This document shows, piece after piece, positions 1 to 10,097 of a DNA stretch of 64,000 nt. The notes beneath the pieces are model-generated. The model had not been told where the DNA came from. It did no database searches and was given only the letters and a program-made list of their open reading frames with translations. Each line of letters begins with the position of its first letter. Position 1 is the stretch's first letter. The position numbers were made by a program, and so were the translations under genes. Source of the stretch: Desulfobacteraceae bacterium (GTDB taxonomy: Bacteria; Desulfobacterota; Desulfobacteria; Desulfobacterales; JAABSP01); NCBI GenBank assembly GCA_011390135.1, contig JAABSZ010000004.1:130-64129 (forward strand). Reading direction: 5' to 3'.

Positions 1-340
1 ACGCCATTAGATAGTTCTCTTCCCCGATCTCGGTGATACCGCCGCCGAATTCCGTGCCCCGGTGAACCGTTACATATTCACGGATAATGGTCTTTGCGCC
101 GATCTTTGCATATGTGATCTCCCCGCCGAACTTCAGGGCCTGGGGAACACCGCCGATTGCGGCAAAGGGAAAGATTTTGCAGTCAGGGCCGACCGTGGTG
201 TAGGGCTCGATCATGGCATGTGCGCCGACAACTGTCCTGGGGCCGATCGCGACATCCCGGCCGATAATGGCGTAGGGCCCAATCTCAACGCTTGCATCGA
301 TCTCTGCTTTAGGATCGACAATGGCTGTCGGATGAATCAT
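1..340 (-). CDS. lpxA: UDP-N-acetylglucosamine O-acyltransferase LpxA, N-terminal part (3' end outside window)
   Basis: Minus-strand translation from ATG at 340-338 reads [46 protein letters not shown]..., with hexapeptide-repeat character. The start overlaps the fabZ stop (ATGA). The order lpxD-fabZ-lpxA is canonical. It is absent from the ORF track because it runs off the window. Confidence 0.8.
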   Translation of the reverse strand, partial: MIHPTAIVDPKAEIDASVEIGPYAIIGRDVAIGPRTVVGAHAMIEPYTTVGPDCKIFPFAAIGGVPQALKFGGEITYAKIGAKTIIREYVTVHRGTEFGGGITEIGEENYLMA

Positions 341-867
341 GTGGGTCTCTCTCCGAACGCGGCCATCAGTTCGGCCTCGGCCGCTCGCTGCCCGTCGACA
401 CTGGCGACGCCGCTCAATTTGACGGCCTTTGCCCGGGCTTTTGTGATGTGAAGTTCCAGTATCAGTCGGTCACCGGGAACCACGGGCCTTCGGAAACGCA
501 CCTTGTCCAGCCCCATGAAATAGAGGGGCTGTCCATACCGCTCCGGGGGCTGGGCATCGATAACCAGGATTCCGCCGGCCTGTCCCATGGCCTCGACGAT
601 GAGCACCCCGGGCATGATGGGGAGTCCGGGGAAGTGGCCCTGGAAAAAGGGCTCGTTGATGGTGACATTCTTTAAAACCTTGATCCGCTCTCCGGGAACG
701 ATCTCCAGCACCCTGTCAACCAGAAGAAATGGATACCGGTGGGGAAGGTACTGCATGATCCGGCTGATATCGGGAAGGGAGATCTCGCCGGTATCTTGGG
801 TTGGCCCGTCCATCGCGTGTGCCGGATCTTCATTCTTCAGATTTCCGTTCTCCTGGCTCATCGCCAT
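337..867 (-). CDS. fabZ: 3-hydroxyacyl-ACP dehydratase FabZ
   Basis: 176-aa ORF with [15 protein letters not shown] and the hot-dog motif [15 protein letters not shown]. The start is uncertain: an alternative ATG at 813 would remove the overlap with lpxD. Confidence 0.9.
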   Translation of the reverse strand: MAMSQENGNLKNEDPAHAMDGPTQDTGEISLPDISRIMQYLPHRYPFLLVDRVLEIVPGERIKVLKNVTINEPFFQGHFPGLPIMPGVLIVEAMGQAGGILVIDAQPPERYGQPLYFMGLDKVRFRRPVVPGDRLILELHITKARAKAVKLSGVASVDGQRAAEAELMAAFGERPT

Positions 868-1981
868 CCTCCATCTCTTTCAACCGTTTTTCCACTTTTT
901 CCAGCCGCTTTTTCAGCTCAGGCAACTGGGGAACGACCCGCTGCACCCTAAGCCAGTTGCGATGAGGGATCTCCGGAGAGCCTGAGACCACCTGGCCGTC
1001 GGGAATCGATTTGCCGACGCCGCACTGGGGGCCGACCGTGACATTGTCGCCAAGGGTGAGATGGCCCGAAATTCCGGCCTGCCCCGCAAGGATCGCCCTC
1101 TTGCCGATCTTTGTGCTGCCCGCGATCCCCACCTGCGCCACCAGCACCGTATGCTCACCAATAGAGACGTTGTGGGCCACCTGAACCAGGTTGTCGGTCT
1201 TGACCCCCCTTCCGATCCGGGTGACGCCAAAAGTGGCCCGATCGATGGTGTTGCATGCGCCGATCTCCACATCATCTCCGATCTCCACAACTCCGATGTG
1301 AGGGATCTTGATATACCCTTCCGGAGACGGGGCATAGCCAAATCCGTCACTGCCGATAACGGTTCCGGCATGGATGGCCACCCGGTCTCCGATGCGGGTT
1401 CCCCAGCCGATGGTGACGCTGGGAAAGATCTTCGCATCCCGGCCGATGATCACATCATCTTCGATCACCACATGAGGATGGATAACTGCATTGGGGCCGA
1501 TCTTCACCCGGTCCCCGATAACGGCACAGGGGCCGATCCGGGCCTCCTCCCCGATATTCGTATCTCTTCCCACAACGGCAAGGCGGCTGATCCTTGACCC
1601 GGACTGGAATCCGACTCCGCCTCCCACCATATATCCCGGGAGCCGGGGCATGTAGAAGAGATTTGCGGCCCGGGCAAACGCGGCATAGGGATTCTCCACC
1701 CGGATCAGGGGCTTTTCGCCCCCCCCGATTTCCGATTGGATGTCCGATTGGATGTCCGGGGGGACAATCACCGCGCCGGCTCCGGTCTCTCCGATCCTTT
1801 TGATCCATTTGGCCTGCCCCGCCCAGGTGATCTGGTGGGAATCTGCCGACTCAAAAGGGGCCGCACCGGTAAAAACCCCTTCCGAATCCCCGATGATCTC
1901 CCCATCCAGATGTTCTGCGATCTCCCGGAGGGTGAGCCGGATCGCTCCGGAATCTTCTTTAGTTTCCTCTGTACCGGGCAT
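830..1981 (-). CDS. lpxD: UDP-3-O-acylglucosamine N-acyltransferase LpxD
   Basis: 383-aa ORF with an N-terminal LpxD-type domain ([15 protein letters not shown]) followed by long hexapeptide repeats. It sits upstream of fabZ. Confidence 0.9.
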   Translation of the reverse strand: MPGTEETKEDSGAIRLTLREIAEHLDGEIIGDSEGVFTGAAPFESADSHQITWAGQAKWIKRIGETGAGAVIVPPDIQSDIQSEIGGGEKPLIRVENPYAAFARAANLFYMPRLPGYMVGGGVGFQSGSRISRLAVVGRDTNIGEEARIGPCAVIGDRVKIGPNAVIHPHVVIEDDVIIGRDAKIFPSVTIGWGTRIGDRVAIHAGTVIGSDGFGYAPSPEGYIKIPHIGVVEIGDDVEIGACNTIDRATFGVTRIGRGVKTDNLVQVAHNVSIGEHTVLVAQVGIAGSTKIGKRAILAGQAGISGHLTLGDNVTVGPQCGVGKSIPDGQVVSGSPEIPHRNWLRVQRVVPQLPELKKRLEKVEKRLKEMEDGDEPGERKSEE

Positions 1982-2471
1982 CGTATTCCCTGATCAGCTT
2001 ATCGGTGATATCCACGGCATCCTGAGAATAGAGTACCCCGAGCTTTTCGATGATCAGGGTATATCCCTCCCGCTTGCCGATCTCGCCCACCAGGTCGAAA
2101 AAGTCCTTCTGGATTCTTCTGATGACCTGGGCTTCGGCCTCTTTGAAATCCTCCATATACTTCTTCTGCAGGGTCTTTGCATCATTGATCTTGATCCGGA
2201 TCTCCCGCTCCTTCTCCTCCCGTCGGTCCCGGCTCATGACCAGCGCGTCCTTCTCGAGCTGGTTCCGCATGGCCTCGATCTCGTTCTTTTTGGCCTCGAA
2301 ATCGCTCTCCATACCCTTGGCCTTTCGGGCAATCTCGGTCTGTGCGGCCTTTCCGGCCCTGGATTCCTTCAGTATCTGCTGAAAATCGACGATGCCGAGT
2401 TTGAAATCTGCGGCCCAAGAGGCCGTGGTCAAAAGCAGCATGCCGATGATTGTTATGGCTGTAATTCGCAT
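1959..2471 (-). CDS. skp: periplasmic chaperone Skp/OmpH
   Basis: Signal peptide [20 protein letters not shown], then a coiled, K/E-rich OmpH-like body ([12 protein letters not shown]...). It lies between bamA and lpxD. The start was moved to the ATG at 2471, which follows GGAGG; the track start at 2486 contains that RBS inside its own codons. Confidence 0.75.
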   Translation of the reverse strand: MRITAITIIGMLLLTTASWAADFKLGIVDFQQILKESRAGKAAQTEIARKAKGMESDFEAKKNEIEAMRNQLEKDALVMSRDRREEKEREIRIKINDAKTLQKKYMEDFKEAEAQVIRRIQKDFFDLVGEIGKREGYTLIIEKLGVLYSQDAVDITDKLIREYDARYRGN

Positions 2472-2528
2472 TGAACCTCCGTACAAAAATTTGGAATTAA
2501 GAATGAAAAAACAAATGACGCAATCGAT

Positions 2529-5201
2529 TTAAAAGGCTCCGCCCATGGTGAACTCCCATTTCCCGCTGCTGCTCTCATCCGCTTCGGGATCGAGAATATA
2601 GCCGTTTTCGATCCGGATGGGCCCCATGGGAGAGTACCACCGGAATCCGAACCCTGCACTCTCCCGCAGGTCAGACAGATCCATACTATCGTCGTCGTTA
2701 TAGACATTGCCGGTGTCGTAGAAGAGAACCCCCACAATGCCGGCCTCCCGGATCAGGGGGATCAGGTATTCGAGATTGAACTGGAGGAACTTGTTGCCGC
2801 CGATCTTGTCCCCGTTTTCATCATACGCGCTGATGTCCCGCCAGTCAAAGCCGCGCATGGAGTTGATGCCCCCGAGGTAGAATCGCTCGTAGTCTGGCAG
2901 CAGTCCATCTTCGGTGTCGGCCACATACCCGGCCTTGCCGTGAAGAAAGCCGACGGTTCCCCAGAAAAGAGGGACATACTGCCCCAATTCCCCAAGGTAT
3001 TTTGTAAATGCGATATCTCCGCCCAGTCCCGCATATTCGACGCTGATGCTGTGGTCCGAGCCCTCTGTCGGGTTGAAGACCCGGTCCCTGGAGTCAAACC
3101 GGAGGGTTGTGGCGATGCTGCTGGTGACATTCTCCCCCTCCATCTGCCTGACCAGGCTCGATGCATCCTCGTAGTCGATATTGGTGATCTCGCCGATGTC
3201 ATAGGAGTAGGCCAGATAGATCCGGGTGTAGTCGAAGACCGGATAGCCGAACCGGACCCCGCCGCCCTGGCTCTCCTTGTCATAGGTGTCGTAGTCCCGC
3301 TCCCAGTTGTAGAGGTCGAAGCCGGCCGAAAGCGGCATATCAAAGAGCCACGGCTCGGTGAAACTCAGGGTATAGCGGCTGGTGGTTCCCCCCACCTCGG
3401 CCTTGAGCTGCAGAACCTGACCCCGTCCGAAGAGGTTCCTCTGACTGATCGCGGCCATGGCAAAGAGGTTCTCCACGCTGGAATAGCCGCCGCCGAAGCT
3501 GAAGGTTCCGGTCGGCTTTTCAGTCACATCGATCTTCAAAACCTTCTGATCCCCCGCGCTGCCCGGAAGGGTATTGACCTGAACATCTTCGAAATAGTCG
3601 AGCCGGTAGAGATTGCGGATGCTCCGCTTCAGATCGCCGCCGCGGAAGAGATCCTGCTCCAGCACCTTGAGCTGGCGCCGGATCACCTTGTCCCGGGTCT
3701 TGGTGTTGCCGGTGATGAGGATCTTTTCGATATAGACCGGCTCCCCCTTTTCAATCGAATAGGTGATATCGACGCTCTGCCCCTCTTCTCTCTTCTCCCG
3801 CTTAGGAAGGATCTTCGCGTTGGCATACCCCACATTTCCGTAGATATCGGTCAGGGCCAGCACATCATTACGGACCCTCTCCTGGTTGTAGTATGCCTCC
3901 TCGTCGATGCCTACGGCCTTCATCATCTCGGCCTTTGGCCGGATCAGCTCGTCTTCGACGCTTTCGATTTCGACCTTTCCCACTTCATACCTAAGCCCCT
4001 CCTCCACCTTGATGGTGATAAAGATATCCTCGGCTTTGTATTCGATGATGGGATCGCTCACCCGGGCATCGATATAGCCTGTGTTGTGGTAGAATGCCCC
4101 GATCTTGCCGATATCCTGCTCAAGATCCTCCGGGTCCAGATCCCCGGCCGAGGTGAGCCATGACCAGAAGCCCCTCTCGGAGGTATTCATCAGCTTTTTG
4201 AGCCGCTTGTCGGTATAGGCGTCGTTCCCTTTGAAGGAGATCTCCTCGACCCGCACCTTCTCCCCCTCCCCGACTGTGAAGACGAGATCGGCCTGGTTGT
4301 TCTCCTGAGACTGAAGATCGTAGGTCACTTCCACATTGTGGTAGTTCTTCTCCTTATATAAGGTCTCGATCCGCTGGATGTTGTTCTGGATTGCAAAGAC
4401 GTTGACAATGGCCCCGGTTGCGATGGAGAGATTTTCCTGGATCTCCTCGTCATCGAAGATCCGATTGCCGAGGATGATGATGTTGCGGATGGTCGGCTTC
4501 TCCCGGACATGAAGAATGACGGACTTTCCGCCGCGCCGGTCCTCGGCCTCGACCCGGATGTCGTCGAAGTAGCCCATGTTGTAGATGGCCTTGATGTCGT
4601 CCGACAGGGATTTGGGCGTATAGGTCTCGCCGGGCGCGGTATCGATGATCCGCCGGATCGCATCGTCCTCGATCCGATCATTCCCCTCGATCCTGACCTC
4701 CACCACCCGCTCCCGCTTGAAGAGACGGAGCGCAAAATCCCGGGTCAGATCCCGGACAATGGAAGGAAGATTTTCAATGCTGTCTCCCTCCACATAGAAT
4801 GTCTTCACCGGTTCTGTGCCGTAGGGGTCGATCATCCGGGCATCGAGGCTGAACTTCTTCCCCACCCAGGTGAGGCTTCCCAGGATCACATAGTCTGCCC
4901 GGTTTTCGATCCCGACCTCCCTGACCCGTTCCGGAGAGGGCGTTTTCGCACTTTCCAGGGATTGTGCGGGTTCAACGATGACCGCGCCCTCCTCCCGGAG
5001 ATGATTTTGGATCACCTCGGGAATCCGGGTCTTCAGATATCCGAGATCCCGCTGTGCAAAGATCTCGAATGGCCAGACCAGCACCCGAACCCGCTCTTGT
5101 GCAGCCCCCACTTTCGGCAGAACTCCGCAGACCAGCAGCACCGCCATCAGGATCATCCCTCTCCCAAATCCCCCTGCACTCCACCCTCTCATCCGGATCA
5201 C
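2529..5201 (-). CDS. bamA: outer membrane protein assembly factor BamA
   Basis: 890 aa with a signal peptide, repeated POTRA-like segments (V.E..I.GN), a C-terminal beta-barrel and a terminal ...EFTMGGAF. Confidence 0.9.
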   Translation of the reverse strand: MIRMRGWSAGGFGRGMILMAVLLVCGVLPKVGAAQERVRVLVWPFEIFAQRDLGYLKTRIPEVIQNHLREEGAVIVEPAQSLESAKTPSPERVREVGIENRADYVILGSLTWVGKKFSLDARMIDPYGTEPVKTFYVEGDSIENLPSIVRDLTRDFALRLFKRERVVEVRIEGNDRIEDDAIRRIIDTAPGETYTPKSLSDDIKAIYNMGYFDDIRVEAEDRRGGKSVILHVREKPTIRNIIILGNRIFDDEEIQENLSIATGAIVNVFAIQNNIQRIETLYKEKNYHNVEVTYDLQSQENNQADLVFTVGEGEKVRVEEISFKGNDAYTDKRLKKLMNTSERGFWSWLTSAGDLDPEDLEQDIGKIGAFYHNTGYIDARVSDPIIEYKAEDIFITIKVEEGLRYEVGKVEIESVEDELIRPKAEMMKAVGIDEEAYYNQERVRNDVLALTDIYGNVGYANAKILPKREKREEGQSVDITYSIEKGEPVYIEKILITGNTKTRDKVIRRQLKVLEQDLFRGGDLKRSIRNLYRLDYFEDVQVNTLPGSAGDQKVLKIDVTEKPTGTFSFGGGYSSVENLFAMAAISQRNLFGRGQVLQLKAEVGGTTSRYTLSFTEPWLFDMPLSAGFDLYNWERDYDTYDKESQGGGVRFGYPVFDYTRIYLAYSYDIGEITNIDYEDASSLVRQMEGENVTSSIATTLRFDSRDRVFNPTEGSDHSISVEYAGLGGDIAFTKYLGELGQYVPLFWGTVGFLHGKAGYVADTEDGLLPDYERFYLGGINSMRGFDWRDISAYDENGDKIGGNKFLQFNLEYLIPLIREAGIVGVLFYDTGNVYNDDDSMDLSDLRESAGFGFRWYSPMGPIRIENGYILDPEADESSSGKWEFTMGGAF

Positions 5202-5899
5202 CTTTCGGCTTGGGCCGCGTCCCCGTTGACGAGCGTAATGCTCCGGGACATGTATGCGGCCAGTTCCATGTTATGGGTCACCACCACCATCGCCATTTCA
5301 AACTCCCTGTTCAACTCCTGCAGCAGATCATGGACCTGACGGCTGTTCTTCCGATCCAGGTTCCCGGTCGGCTCGTCCGCCAGCAGCACCCGGGGTTTCA
5401 AGACCAGGGCCCGGGCCAGGGCCACCCGCTGCTGTTCGCCCCCTGAAAGATCCGTCACCCTGTGGAAGCGCCGGTTCTTCAGCCCCACCCGGTCCAGAAG
5501 CGCCTGGGCCCCGGCCTCGGCCTCTTTTTGTTCCATCCCCCGGATGAGCCCCGGCATCATGGTATTCTCCAGGGCAGTAAACTCCGGCAGGAGATGATGA
5601 AACTGAAAGACAAAGCCGATGGTCCTGTTTCGGAAGCGGGCCAGCCCCTCATTGTCCATCTTGAAGATATCCCGGCCTTCGTAGAGAATCCGGCCCCGAT
5701 CGGGCCGGTCCAGCGCGCCGAGAATGTGGAGCAGCGTCGATTTCCCGATGCCCGAGGCCCCCACCACTGCAAGGGTCTCCCCCGGCGCAAGCACGAGATC
5801 GAGACCCGAGAGGATCTCCAGCCGTTCCCCATTGCCGCCGGGCGCGGGATATCCCTTGTGCAGATCCTCGATCTGAATCAGCGGCGCTCGATCATCCAT
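5198..5899 (-). CDS. lolD: lipoprotein-releasing ABC transporter ATP-binding protein LolD
   Basis: Walker A GASGIGKST, signature LSGGEQQRVALARAL and Walker B LLADEPTG. The start is set at ATG 5899 (MDDRAPLIQIEDL), which overlaps the lolC/E stop in ATGGATGA. The track ORF extends further, to 5962. Confidence 0.8.
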   Translation of the reverse strand: MDDRAPLIQIEDLHKGYPAPGGNGERLEILSGLDLVLAPGETLAVVGASGIGKSTLLHILGALDRPDRGRILYEGRDIFKMDNEGLARFRNRTIGFVFQFHHLLPEFTALENTMMPGLIRGMEQKEAEAGAQALLDRVGLKNRRFHRVTDLSGGEQQRVALARALVLKPRVLLADEPTGNLDRKNSRQVHDLLQELNREFEMAMVVVTHNMELAAYMSRSITLVNGDAAQAER

Positions 5900-7133
5900 A
5901 GCGGAGCGCCTCCACCGGATCGAGCCGGGATGCCTGCCGGGCCGGATAAAGAGTGGCCACAAAACAGATGAAGAGGGCCGCGGCCGCGATCAGGATCATG
6001 TCCCACGGCGCAAGCTGCACCGGAAGCGTCGGGATGTAATAGACATCGGACGGCAGCTCGATGAACTTGTACCGCTTGAGCAGAAGGCAGAGGACCAGCC
6101 CCAGAATCTCCCCCAGTGTCGTGCCGATGATACCGATGGTCATCCCCTTGAAGACGAATATCCGCCGAATGCTCTTGTCGGTCGCGCCCATCGCCTTCAG
6201 TATCGCGATATCCCGGGTCTTCTCCATCACCATCATGATCAGAGAGCTTGCGATGTTGAAGGCCGCGACCAGCACGATCAAGGCCAGAATGATGAACATC
6301 ACCACCTTCTCCAGCTTGAGCGCGGAGAAAAGATTCCGGTTCATCTGCATCCAGTCCTTGGTCCAGTAGGGAAATCCCAGCTCCGCCTCGATCTTCTCGC
6401 CGATCCGGTCCGCGGCGTAAACATCATTCACCCGGATCTCGATGCCGGTGACCCCATCATCCATCCGGAGCATCCGTTGAGCGTCTGAAAGATGGATATA
6501 GGCAAGAGAGCCGTCATACTCATACATTCCAGACTCGAAAAGCCCCACGATCTCGAAACGGGTCATGGCCGGCATGTGGCCCACGGGCGAGAGCATCCCT
6601 CTCGGGGAGATTATATAGACCGCATCCCCCTTTCCCGCGCCAAGATTTGCGGCCAGCTCCTTGCCGAGAACGATCCCTGCTTTGACTCCCTCGGTCCGAT
6701 CCTGTCGGGCGCGGTCCGCCAAGGCATCCAGTGCATCCTCCCCAAAGTTGGCGATGACCGATCCTGCGCTCTCCGGATCGATCCCCCGCAGTACCCCGCC
6801 CGATATCCCTGTGGCGCTCCGCAGCATCACCTGGGAATAGATGAAGGGGGTGGCCGCCTCCACATCCTCGACCCCCCGCACCCGGTTCAAAATCTTCGGA
6901 TAGTCGGAGATCCCGTCGCCGTGGCGCAGGAGAATGATATGGGATTCCACCCCGAGAATCCTGTTCTTCAGATCCGACTCAAAGCCGGCCATCACCGCGA
7001 TGACCACGATGAGCGCCATTACCCCCACCGTCACCCCTGCAACGGAAAGAAAGGTGATCAGGGAGATGAAGCCCTGCTTCCGCTTTGCCCGGAGATAGCG
7101 CCGGCTGATGAAGAGTTCAAAAGACATCCGCAA
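5892..7133 (-). CDS. lipoprotein-releasing ABC transporter permease, LolC/E family (FtsX/MacB-type)
   Basis: 413 aa. The N-terminus FELFISRRYLRAKRKQGFISLITFLSVAGV is typical of LolC/E. It has a periplasmic domain and a C-terminal FtsX-like 3-TM bundle, and is adjacent to lolD. Confidence 0.85.
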   Translation of the reverse strand: MRMSFELFISRRYLRAKRKQGFISLITFLSVAGVTVGVMALIVVIAVMAGFESDLKNRILGVESHIILLRHGDGISDYPKILNRVRGVEDVEAATPFIYSQVMLRSATGISGGVLRGIDPESAGSVIANFGEDALDALADRARQDRTEGVKAGIVLGKELAANLGAGKGDAVYIISPRGMLSPVGHMPAMTRFEIVGLFESGMYEYDGSLAYIHLSDAQRMLRMDDGVTGIEIRVNDVYAADRIGEKIEAELGFPYWTKDWMQMNRNLFSALKLEKVVMFIILALIVLVAAFNIASSLIMMVMEKTRDIAILKAMGATDKSIRRIFVFKGMTIGIIGTTLGEILGLVLCLLLKRYKFIELPSDVYYIPTLPVQLAPWDMILIAAAALFICFVATLYPARQASRLDPVEALRYG

Positions 7134-7142
7134 TATATCCGC

Positions 7143-8672
7143 CTATACCGCTTTCTCTTTTTCAGGATCGGTTTTCATGATCCCGGTCTTTGTGTGAAGG
7201 CGCATGTGGGGGAAGAGGATCACCTCCCGGATGGAGGCCGCGTCCGTCAGCAGCATCACCAGCCGGTCGATACCGACGCCCTCGCCCGCGGTGGGCGGCA
7301 TCCCGTACTCCAGAGCCTCGATGTAATCCTCATCCATGAGATGGGCCTCCGCATCTCCGGCCGCGCGATCCTCCACCTGCTGCTGAAAACGGCCCCGCTG
7401 GTCCTCGGGATCATTGAGTTCCGAAAAACCGTTCGCTATCTCCCGGCCCCCGACAAAAAGCTCGAACCGGTCCGTCAGATCCGGTTCTGCATCGTTTCTC
7501 CGGGAGAGGGGGGAGACCTCCACCGGATAGCCGGTGATGAAGGTGGGCTGGATCAGGTGCGGCTCCACCAGCGCGTCAAAGAGCTTGGTGATGATCTTGC
7601 CGATCCGGCCCGTCTTGGTGATCTTCACGCCCTTCCTCTCGGCAAAGTTCAAAAGGCCTTCCCGATCCCGGAGAATATCCGGATCGACACCGCCGATCTC
7701 GGTCAGGGACCCGAGCAGGGGCAGCCGGCGCCACTTTCCCCCCAGCTCGATGGTCTCGCCCCCCCAGGGAACCTCGGTGCTTCCGAGAACCGTCTGTGCG
7801 GTATGCGCGAACATCTCCTCGGTGAGATCCATGAGATCCTCGTAGGTGGCGTAGGCCTGGTAGAACTCGAGCATGGTGAACTCCGGATTGTGCTGGGTCG
7901 AGACCCCTTCGTTTCTGAAGTTCCGGTTGATCTCGAAGACCCGCTCGAATCCTCCCACTACCAGACGTTTGAGGTAGAGTTCGGGCGCGATCCGAAGAAA
8001 AAGATCCATGTCAAGAGCATTGTGGTGGGTCTTGAAGGGTTCGGCCTCGGCCCCGCCCGGAATGGCCTGCATCATCGGCGTCTCCACCTCGAGGTAGCCC
8101 CGGGCCAGAAGAAACTCCCGAACCGCCTGGATGATCCGGCTCCGTTTGATGAAGATCTCCCGGACATCCGGGTTCATGACCAGATCCAGATACCGCTGCC
8201 GGTACCGCTTTTCCGGGTCCTTGAGGCCGTGGAACTTCTCCGGCAGGGGACGGGTCGATTTGCAGGCCAGGGAGAATCTTTTGACAAAGAGGGTCCATTC
8301 CCCGGTCTTTGTCCGGAAGAGCCCTCCCTCGAGCCCCACATAATCGCCGATATCGAGCTGCCGGAACAGGGAATAGGCATCTTCGCCCACCTCATCCTTT
8401 CGGATGTACGCCTGCATCTGGCCAGTATAGTCCCGGAACCGGATAAAGGTGGTCTTGCCGAAGCGGTTAAACGCGACGATGCGGCCGGCCGCGGCCATAA
8501 CCGGCTCGTCCTGGTTCAGCCCATCCGGGTCTTTTTCGATCCTCTCCTGGATCTGTGCAACTGTATGGGAGACCCGAAAATCATTGGGGAAGGGATTTAC
8601 GCCGGCCGACCGGAGATCGGCCAGTTTTTCTTTTCGTTTTGAAAGGATATCGTTTGTCTTTTCCGTGTTCAT
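7143..8672 (-). CDS. lysS: lysine--tRNA ligase (class II)
   Basis: 509 aa with an OB-fold N-domain and class II motifs (FRNEGVSTQHNPEFTMLEFYQAYA, GIDRLVMLLT). Confidence 0.95.
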   Translation of the reverse strand: MNTEKTNDILSKRKEKLADLRSAGVNPFPNDFRVSHTVAQIQERIEKDPDGLNQDEPVMAAAGRIVAFNRFGKTTFIRFRDYTGQMQAYIRKDEVGEDAYSLFRQLDIGDYVGLEGGLFRTKTGEWTLFVKRFSLACKSTRPLPEKFHGLKDPEKRYRQRYLDLVMNPDVREIFIKRSRIIQAVREFLLARGYLEVETPMMQAIPGGAEAEPFKTHHNALDMDLFLRIAPELYLKRLVVGGFERVFEINRNFRNEGVSTQHNPEFTMLEFYQAYATYEDLMDLTEEMFAHTAQTVLGSTEVPWGGETIELGGKWRRLPLLGSLTEIGGVDPDILRDREGLLNFAERKGVKITKTGRIGKIITKLFDALVEPHLIQPTFITGYPVEVSPLSRRNDAEPDLTDRFELFVGGREIANGFSELNDPEDQRGRFQQQVEDRAAGDAEAHLMDEDYIEALEYGMPPTAGEGVGIDRLVMLLTDAASIREVILFPHMRLHTKTGIMKTDPEKEKAV

Positions 8673-8755
8673 TTACCGTCCGCTCTCTCAACCTCAGAAG
8701 GGTTCAGACAAATCACAGGGTATCTGCCCGAATCAATTATAAATTAAAATTTTAT

Positions 8756-8784
8756 ATCATAGAGGAATTTCAAAGCGGTGTCAA
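8756..8784 (-). promoter_or_regulatory. sigma70-type promoter candidate for lysS
   Basis: The minus strand reads TTGACA (8784-8779), a 17-nt spacer, then TATGAT (8761-8756). It lies just downstream of the kinase stop and about 85 nt upstream of the lysS start. Confidence 0.5.
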
Positions 8785-8786
8785 GG

Positions 8787-10085
8787 CTAAGTTGGCGGGG
8801 CCGCCCTTTTCAGGTTTAAAATGAAGGTTGTGCCTTTCTTCTCTTCGCTTTTGACATTGATCCAGCAGTCGTAGGATTCTATGATCCGATGCACCACCGA
8901 AAGCCCCAATCCCGTGCCCCGGGCTTTGGTGGTAAAAAAAGGATCGAAGATCGATTCCAGCACATCCGGGGGAATGCCGCAGCCGGTATCGGAAACCTGA
9001 AGCACGGCATGATCGGGCCGTTCCGGAAAGACCTCGATGGTAATCCGCCCATGGTCCTCGATGGCCTCGGCCGCATTGAGCAGGAGATTCCAGAGAATCT
9101 GCCGGAGATGCGTCGGGTCCATCTCCACCCAGACCCCCGGTGCCAGGTCCGATTCCATGCGGATGGCGTGGAAACGTCTGTCCCGCTGGAAAAGGGAGAG
9201 TGTTTCGGCCAGGGCATGGGAGAGATCAAAGACCTCCCGCCGGCCGGCCGGGGGTCGGGCAAAGAGGAGAAAGTCGCTGACGAGCGCGCCGAGCCGGTCA
9301 GCCTCCCGGAGAATAATGCGCATAAGCTTCTGATCGTCCGGATCTGCAATGCTCTCCTCCAGCATCTGGATGGAGCCCCGGAGGGAGGCCAGCGGGTTTT
9401 TGATCTCATGGGCAAGTCCCGCGGCCATTTCTCCGATTGCAGCCATCTTCTCGACCCGGCGCACATGTTCGCCCATCGCTTTCAGCTCCTCCCTGCTCTG
9501 CCGGGTCTGCTCTGAAAGGAGTCCGCTCAGAAAGGCCACACCAAAGCAGGCGGTCATCATCGCGATGATCTTCAGCAGGATATGGCTGCCGGTAAAATCG
9601 GACAGCGGAACGGTCCATGCCCCTTCCCCAAGGGGACGGATCAATCCGTAGTACTCCAGATCGATCAGTATCCCGTAATGGATGCTGCTCAGTGCCGCCA
9701 TCACCATGCTGCCCCGCCGGTAGAGGAGGATGCTGGCATAGATGATCACCAGCAGGTAGAGAAAGGAGAAGACGCTGGAAAAGCTGCCGGTGAGAAAGAC
9801 GATGAGGGTTACGGCAAGGGTGTCGATTCCGATCTGGATGTAGGCGAAGAGGAGCAGACGCCGAATCCGGTTGAGCAGCAGGGAATAGAAAAAGGAGAGG
9901 AGAAAGATCGCGCCGATGAGCCCGTAGAGGAAGAGCATCGACGCGGAAAGCGGGGATGCGGTCCTTCCGAGCTGGACAATTGCGGTGGAACCGAGGAGCA
10001 GGGTGAAGAAGAGCACCCGGAAGAACATCAGCCATTTCAGCCTCCGGTAGAGTTCGGCCCGTGGTGCTCTTTGGGTCTTGTTCAT
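8787..10085 (-). CDS. membrane sensor histidine kinase, PilS-like
   Basis: 432 aa with a polytopic N-terminal domain of about 6 TM segments, an H-box AHEIKNPLASLRGS, and HATPase_c motifs (DTGCGIP, GTGLGLSVV). It is directly downstream of pilC. Confidence 0.8.
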   Translation of the reverse strand: MNKTQRAPRAELYRRLKWLMFFRVLFFTLLLGSTAIVQLGRTASPLSASMLFLYGLIGAIFLLSFFYSLLLNRIRRLLLFAYIQIGIDTLAVTLIVFLTGSFSSVFSFLYLLVIIYASILLYRRGSMVMAALSSIHYGILIDLEYYGLIRPLGEGAWTVPLSDFTGSHILLKIIAMMTACFGVAFLSGLLSEQTRQSREELKAMGEHVRRVEKMAAIGEMAAGLAHEIKNPLASLRGSIQMLEESIADPDDQKLMRIILREADRLGALVSDFLLFARPPAGRREVFDLSHALAETLSLFQRDRRFHAIRMESDLAPGVWVEMDPTHLRQILWNLLLNAAEAIEDHGRITIEVFPERPDHAVLQVSDTGCGIPPDVLESIFDPFFTTKARGTGLGLSVVHRIIESYDCWINVKSEEKKGTTFILNLKRAAPPT

Positions 10086-10097
10086 GGAAAAGAGAAA

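Noticed and set aside
62-451. 129-aa plus-strand ORF at the window start
   Set aside because: It is antisense to the lpxA N-terminus and the fabZ C-terminus. The minus-strand frames give canonical LpxA and FabZ sequences.
5892-5899. Extra ATGGATGA copy at the lolC/E-lolD junction as part of the regulatory motif family
   Set aside because: Here the 8-mer is simply the stop/start overlap (..GGA TGA and ATG GAT GA..) of two translationally coupled genes.
6492-8642. 716-aa plus-strand ORF opposite lolC/E and lysS
   Set aside because: It crosses the boundary between two well-supported minus-strand genes, including the class II aaRS motifs of LysS. It has no domain signature.
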